Below are positions 59,081-64,000 of a stretch of DNA of 64,000 bases, in pieces. Both the position numbers and the translations under genes were made by a program. Under the pieces are notes generated by a model that was not told the DNA's origin, did not search any database, and saw only the letters and a list, made by a program, of their open reading frames with translations. The stretch lies in assembly GCA_016708305.1 (NCBI GenBank), contig JADJGB010000002.1, forward strand, positions 65,330 through 129,329, given 5' to 3'. Position 1 is the stretch's first letter. Every line of letters starts with the position of its first letter. This DNA comes from Sphingobacteriales bacterium (GTDB lineage Bacteria; Bacteroidota; Bacteroidia; Chitinophagales; Chitinophagaceae).

Positions 59081-59187
59081 AAATAGAATCCGGGTGGCAG
59101 CCCGTATTTTTTATCTATGGGCTAAAAATTTGGCTTAAAGCAACTTATTGCCTATTTTGAGCCGTCTTAAAAGCGATAAAACAGATA

Positions 59188-59844
59188 ATGAAGAAGATAT
59201 TTTTAAGTGCGCTAGCCCTATTTGTAATGATTTCGGTAGTTCTTGGCCAAAAAAAACTAACCGAAGCCACCATTTATTATGATATTGTCATCAATACCAA
59301 CAGCAGTACTCCGGGCGCAGCCGACCTGATGGACGGAGCCACCAATATTGTTTACCTCAAGGGTAACTCCAGCCGGGCAGATATGATTAGTTCACTGGGA
59401 ACCCAGTCCACCATTATTGACGGAAAAACCAATGGCGCCACCATTTTAAAAGAATACGGCGACCAGAAATATATGATTACCCTCACTCCTGCCGACTGGA
59501 AAAATTATAATAAAAAATATGATGGAGTAACCTATACCATTGAAAATGAATTCAAAAAAATAGCAGGTTATAACTGCCAGAAAGCGGTTGGCAAACTTTC
59601 TGACGGCACCACTTTTACTGTTTATTTTACAAAAGACCTGGTTCCGGTAAACAATGAGTTTCAATATATTAATAAAAACCTACCCGGACTGGCTATGCAA
59701 TACGAAGCAGCACAGGGTAAGGCTAAAGTAACATATACAGTATCTAATATTGATTTTTCAATAGTTCCTTTGGCAAAATTTGACCTGCCAAAATCTGGCT
59801 ACAGGGTGATGACTTATGCCGAAAGTACTCAGGGGAAACAATAG
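59188..59844 (+). CDS. Secreted hypothetical protein (DUF4412/GLPGLI-like)
   Basis: Signal peptide; KKIAGYNCQKA and NLPGLAMQY motifs. Confidence 0.6.
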   Translation: MKKIFLSALALFVMISVVLGQKKLTEATIYYDIVINTNSSTPGAADLMDGATNIVYLKGNSSRADMISSLGTQSTIIDGKTNGATILKEYGDQKYMITLTPADWKNYNKKYDGVTYTIENEFKKIAGYNCQKAVGKLSDGTTFTVYFTKDLVPVNNEFQYINKNLPGLAMQYEAAQGKAKVTYTVSNIDFSIVPLAKFDLPKSGYRVMTYAESTQGKQ

Positions 59845-59931
59845 TTTCAGAATATTAATTACAGACCTTATGTTTGCATATTGTTTTAAAAGCACAATGT
59901 GCAATTTTTTTTTGGCAGTGTATGACCGATT

Positions 59932-60628
59932 TTGAATACAAATTATAAAAGAATGAAAAGAATTGGGCTGATTTTGGTTTTAGTAATGATATCTTCGGTT
60001 ATTTATGCCCAGTTTAGCGCCGGAATAAGAGGCGGAGGCGGATTGGCTACCCTGCATACCAAAGGTTCTGAAACAAAATTTTTCAGGGCAACGCCCGGCT
60101 GGCAGGCCGGTATTTTTGCTGCTCAGGGTATAAGCAGAACTTTTCAGTTACAGGCTTCGCTGGATTTAACTTCTAAAGGTTATCGCGATTTTGTCCGCTA
60201 CGGAAAAATTAAATTTAATGATTACTACAGAGTCAATTATCTTGAACTGACGCCTCAGTTTTTCATAACTCCTCGGGCAGGCAAAGGGAAAATCCTTGCC
60301 GGTGTTGGCCTTTCTGTAGGCTACGGACTTGGTGGCAGGTGGAAGCAAAAGAGCTTTATGGATTCGATACCGAGTACTCATGGCAAGCTGATTTTTTGTA
60401 AATGCCCTGAAGGATGCCGGCAACGATATTAGTACCGGTGTTTATGGCAAAAAAACCGATATTGGAGCCAATCTGTCCTTAGGCTATCAGTTCAACCATA
60501 AAGTATCGGCTTTGATCAACGCCAAAGCAAGCCGTTACAATATTGCACCCAAAAATTTCGGGCAAAAACCGAATTATGATGACAGAAACTATGGAATCAA
60601 TTTAATTTTACAATACGCTGTCTTTTAG
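59932..60628 (+). CDS. PorT-like outer-membrane beta-barrel, frameshift near 60400
   Basis: Signal peptide, alternating beta-strand pattern, shifted frame ends NYGINLILQYAVF* (terminal Phe). Confidence 0.65.
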
Positions 60629-60707
60629 TACCATTGTTGCACAAAAACTGTATTAACCCTTCTTCTTTCAAATGAAGATAAGTAATTGCAATTCAGTAAA
60701 GAAGTCG

Positions 60708-62363
60708 CTATTTTTTCTTCCAAAAATGTTCAATTTCTTCCAAAGTTTTACCTTTGGTTTCAGGAACCATTTTCCACATAAATATTGCCGATAAAATACC
60801 CATGATTCCATAAATCCAATAGGCAAACCCGTGATTAAATTTTTCTGTGAGCCACATGCTATCATTTAACATGGGGAAGGTAAGCGATACCACCCAGTTG
60901 GCTATCCATTGGGCAGCCACCGCTATTGAAAGTGCGCCGCGAATACTGTTTGGAAAAATTTCGGCCAACAAAACCCAGCAAACCGGTCCCCAGCTCATGG
61001 CAAAGGATGCAGTGTATGTAAGCATAAACACTAAAGCCAAAACACCCACTTTGTTAAAATAGAACGTCAGCCCAAGCGCTATCATACTTATCGCCATACC
61101 GACAGAACCAATTATCATGAGTGGTTTTCTTCCAAATTTATCTACCGTGAGGATGGCCACTACCGTAAAGAGGAGGTTTACTGCTCCCACAATGATTGTC
61201 TGTAGTAAAGAAGAATCCGTAGAAGCGCCCATATTTCTGAAAATATTTCCTGCGTAATATAGCACTACATTGATACCTACAAACTGCTGAAATACCGACA
61301 GCATGATTCCAATAAATATAATAAAAAACCCATACGACAACCAGGGTGCATTTATTTCGTGCAAGGTGCCCTTGATTTCTTTCAATATATTAGGCGCAGT
61401 TTCTTTGCCTGCTATTTTTTCAAGAACACTCAAAGCTTTTTTATCTTCTCCTTTCATGGCCAGATAGCGAGGTGTTTCGGGCACAAAAAACAAGAGAATT
61501 AAAAAAATAATTGCAGGAATAGCCCCTGAAAAGAACATCCACCGCCATCCTGTATGGGTAAGCCATTCCTCATCACCCTGACGGGCAATAAAATAATTCA
61601 CAAAATAGATTATCAACATCCCAAAAATAATAGCAAACTGGTTAAACGAAACCAATTTGCCTCTTATTTTGGCAGGAGCTATTTCTGCAATATACATTGG
61701 GGATATCATTGAGGCAATGCCCACACCTATCCCGCCGACAATGCGGAAAATAACAAATGAATATACATCCAGTGTTCCAAAAATATTAAACGCCTCCGGT
61801 TTCCATGCCCCTATGGCAGATACAAGAAATGAAACAGCAGCAATCAGCAGGCCATTTTTTCTTCCTAAAGATTTTGAAATGAACCCAGACAAGGCTCCTC
61901 CAATTACACAACCAATCAAAGCGCTGGCAATAACAAATCCTTTTACGGCATCTATGGTGTCCTTAATGGCAGCATTGTCTTGCGGCAAAGGTTTTGCCAA
62001 AAAGAAATAAGCCCATACCGCAAGCAAAACAAGTATCAACAACGATACCGATGTTCCCTTCTGCCTGCCCAATAGTTTTAATATTTGCCCGCAAATAATT
62101 ACTCCCACTACAAACAGCACAATTACCAACATAGCCCTGTACTGGCTAATAACCTGTAAAATGTTTTGCACATAACTGTTATTTTCGGGATCGCCGATAT
62201 AAAAGCCTACCAATGATTTTTCGGCCCCGTTTACCACCGCCGTATCATATCCAAATAATAAACCGCCCAAGGTGGCTACCAGTGTGAGCGCTACAGTATA
62301 TACAGGATTCCCTTTGCTATAAGCCGTTGCCGATTGCTTGGAAGAGGTATCAATAAATGCCAT
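60708..62363 (-). CDS. xylE: D-xylose:H+ symporter (MFS sugar porter)
   Basis: GGLLFGYDTAV, PMYIAEIAP...RGKL, PETPRYL, QQFVGINVVLYY, PETKGKTLEE. Confidence 0.9.
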   Translation of the reverse strand: MAFIDTSSKQSATAYSKGNPVYTVALTLVATLGGLLFGYDTAVVNGAEKSLVGFYIGDPENNSYVQNILQVISQYRAMLVIVLFVVGVIICGQILKLLGRQKGTSVSLLILVLLAVWAYFFLAKPLPQDNAAIKDTIDAVKGFVIASALIGCVIGGALSGFISKSLGRKNGLLIAAVSFLVSAIGAWKPEAFNIFGTLDVYSFVIFRIVGGIGVGIASMISPMYIAEIAPAKIRGKLVSFNQFAIIFGMLIIYFVNYFIARQGDEEWLTHTGWRWMFFSGAIPAIIFLILLFFVPETPRYLAMKGEDKKALSVLEKIAGKETAPNILKEIKGTLHEINAPWLSYGFFIIFIGIMLSVFQQFVGINVVLYYAGNIFRNMGASTDSSLLQTIIVGAVNLLFTVVAILTVDKFGRKPLMIIGSVGMAISMIALGLTFYFNKVGVLALVFMLTYTASFAMSWGPVCWVLLAEIFPNSIRGALSIAVAAQWIANWVVSLTFPMLNDSMWLTEKFNHGFAYWIYGIMGILSAIFMWKMVPETKGKTLEEIEHFWKKK

Positions 62364-62424
62364 AAGTCTTAAAATTGAAATTGTTAAAAATGATGCTTAG
62401 TTTCAGGCCGACATCAAAAAATTA

Positions 62425-63752
62425 TTAAATATTGTTGTTAATGATATTTTCCAAGTATTCCTGCCTTCCGCTGATCATTTTTGGTTCACCTTTCTTAATT
62501 GCAAATTCTCTCAGGTTTTCAAGCGACAATTTACCTTCTTCAAATTCTTTGCCCTTACCACTATCAAATGAAGCATAACGATCGGTTCTTATTTTTTTGT
62601 ACTCAGAATTATTGAGAATATTATCTGCCACTATCAGCGCTCTTGCAAAACTGTCCATACCTCCGATGTGGGCATAGAAAAGATCGGACATGTCGGTACT
62701 GTTACGTCTGATTTTTGCATCAAAATTGATGCCTCCCCCTGCAAAGCCACCGGCTTCAAGTATTACCAGCATCGCTTCGGTAAGTTCATAAATATTATTG
62801 GGAAACTGATCGGTATCCCAGCCATTTTGATAGTCGCCACGATTAGCATCCATGCTGCCCAACATTCCCACATCAGCAGCACACTGCAATTCATGTTGGA
62901 AAGTATGACCTGCAAGAGTAGCGTGGTTAACTTCAATGTTGATTTTGAAATCATCCAGCAGGTTATATTGCCTTAAAAATCCAACAACTGTTTCTGTGTC
63001 ATAATCATATTGGTGCTTACTGGGTTCGCAGGGTTTAGGTTCTATAAAGAATGTTCCTTCAAAACCATTTGCCCTTGCATAATCTTTTGCCATATACAAA
63101 AACCTGGCGAGATGTTCCTTCTCTCTTTTCATATTGGTATTCAGCAGGCTCATGTAACCTTCTCTGCCACCCCAGAAAACGTAATTCTCTCCCCCTAAGG
63201 CAATGGTGGCATCCAGGGCGGCTTTTACCTGTGCGGCACCGTGAGCCAATACGTGAATATCGGGGTTTGTGGCAGCGCCATTCATATATCGTTTATTAGA
63301 AAACAGATTGGCAGTACCCCACAACAACTTTACACCACTTTCTTCTTGTTTTTGTTTCAGGTATTTGGTCATGACTTGCAAACGCTTGTCGTTTTCGGCA
63401 ATGTCATTTGTGTAGTCCACCACATCCACATCATGAAAACAATAATAAGGTAGCCCTAATTTGGTAATAAATTCAAAAGCGGCATCAGCCTTATCTTTTG
63501 CTCTCCTGATAGGATCTTCCTTTTTGTACCAGGGGAACAAATGGGTAGGTTCGCCAAACGGATCAGCGCCACTACCGGTAAAACTGTGCCAGTAGGCACA
63601 TGCAAAACGAAGCCAGTCTTTCATTTTCTTACCTGCTACAACTTTTTTTCGTCATACCATCTGAAAGCAAGTGGATTGTCAGTTTGTAACCCTTCGTATT
63701 TAATTTGTCCGATTCCTTTAAAAAACTCGGTTTTGCCCTTTGTGATAGCCAT
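62425..63752 (-). CDS. xylA: Xylose isomerase, N-terminal frameshift near 63645
   Basis: ACAYWH, FHDVD, WGGREGY, EPKPCEP, NIEVNHA, GWDTDQF. Confidence 0.95.
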
Positions 63753-63836
63753 AATATTAATTTTAAAATTTATTGTATAATAAGATTCTGATGAAATAAT
63801 AAATAATATTGTTAGATTTTCTCATTCTTTAACTTT

Positions 63837-64000
63837 TTAAAGATGCTTATGCAGTTCGTGTTTCCATTGCAAGTATAGTTCATCATACAAACCTGCATCC
63901 TTTGGTTGTATGTTTCCGGTTGACTTGCGGCTTTTACCTGCTTCCTCTGCACTGAAAACACCGGCGCCAATACCTGCGCCAATTGCTGCGCCATAGCTCC
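63837..64000 (-). CDS. xylB: C-terminus of an FGGY sugar kinase (xylulokinase), runs off the window
   Basis: Frame not in the ORF track: SYGAAIGAGIGAGVF...LYDELYLQWKHELHKHL*; lies upstream of xylA. Confidence 0.7.
   Translation of the reverse strand, partial: SYGAAIGAGIGAGVFSAEEAGKSRKSTGNIQPKDAGLYDELYLQWKHELHKHL

Overview
This is a Bacteroidota (Chitinophagaceae-like) chromosomal window, judged from gene content and TAnnTTTG promoter boxes. Most of it is housekeeping: asparaginase, cutC, pyrD, thiolase, GS-III, lepB, cdd, folB, trxB, ltaE, pgi, ccmE/ccmF-like, acyl-CoA dehydrogenase, yidC and xylE/xylA/xylB. Many of these genes are split by single-base frameshifts, several of them in homopolymers, which points to assembly error rather than real pseudogenes. 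There are four accessory regions. (1) A ~12.9 kb type I restriction-modification island (9.8-22.7 kb) is bounded by a 69-bp direct repeat of the 3' end of a Gfo/Idh/MocA gene. Its hsdS is interrupted by an IS66 and an IS630, and it carries two different HUH/Y1 (IS200/RAYT-like) nuclease genes. Next to one of them is a CRISPR-like array of 21 palindromic 20-bp repeats separated by only three recurring spacer types, one of which is a copy of the nuclease gene's own 3' end. (2) A CuA subunit II + heme-copper subunit I + SCO operon lacks the cross-linking Tyr (H-x3-N) and is a candidate sNOR-type NO reductase. (3) An AT-rich membrane protein + large patatin + membrane protein operon has no known function. 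(4) A type IIG RM gene is truncated at its 3' end by a tyrosine-integrase + IS91-transposase element. No rRNA, tRNA or cas genes were seen. All family assignments come from motif recognition, not database searches.
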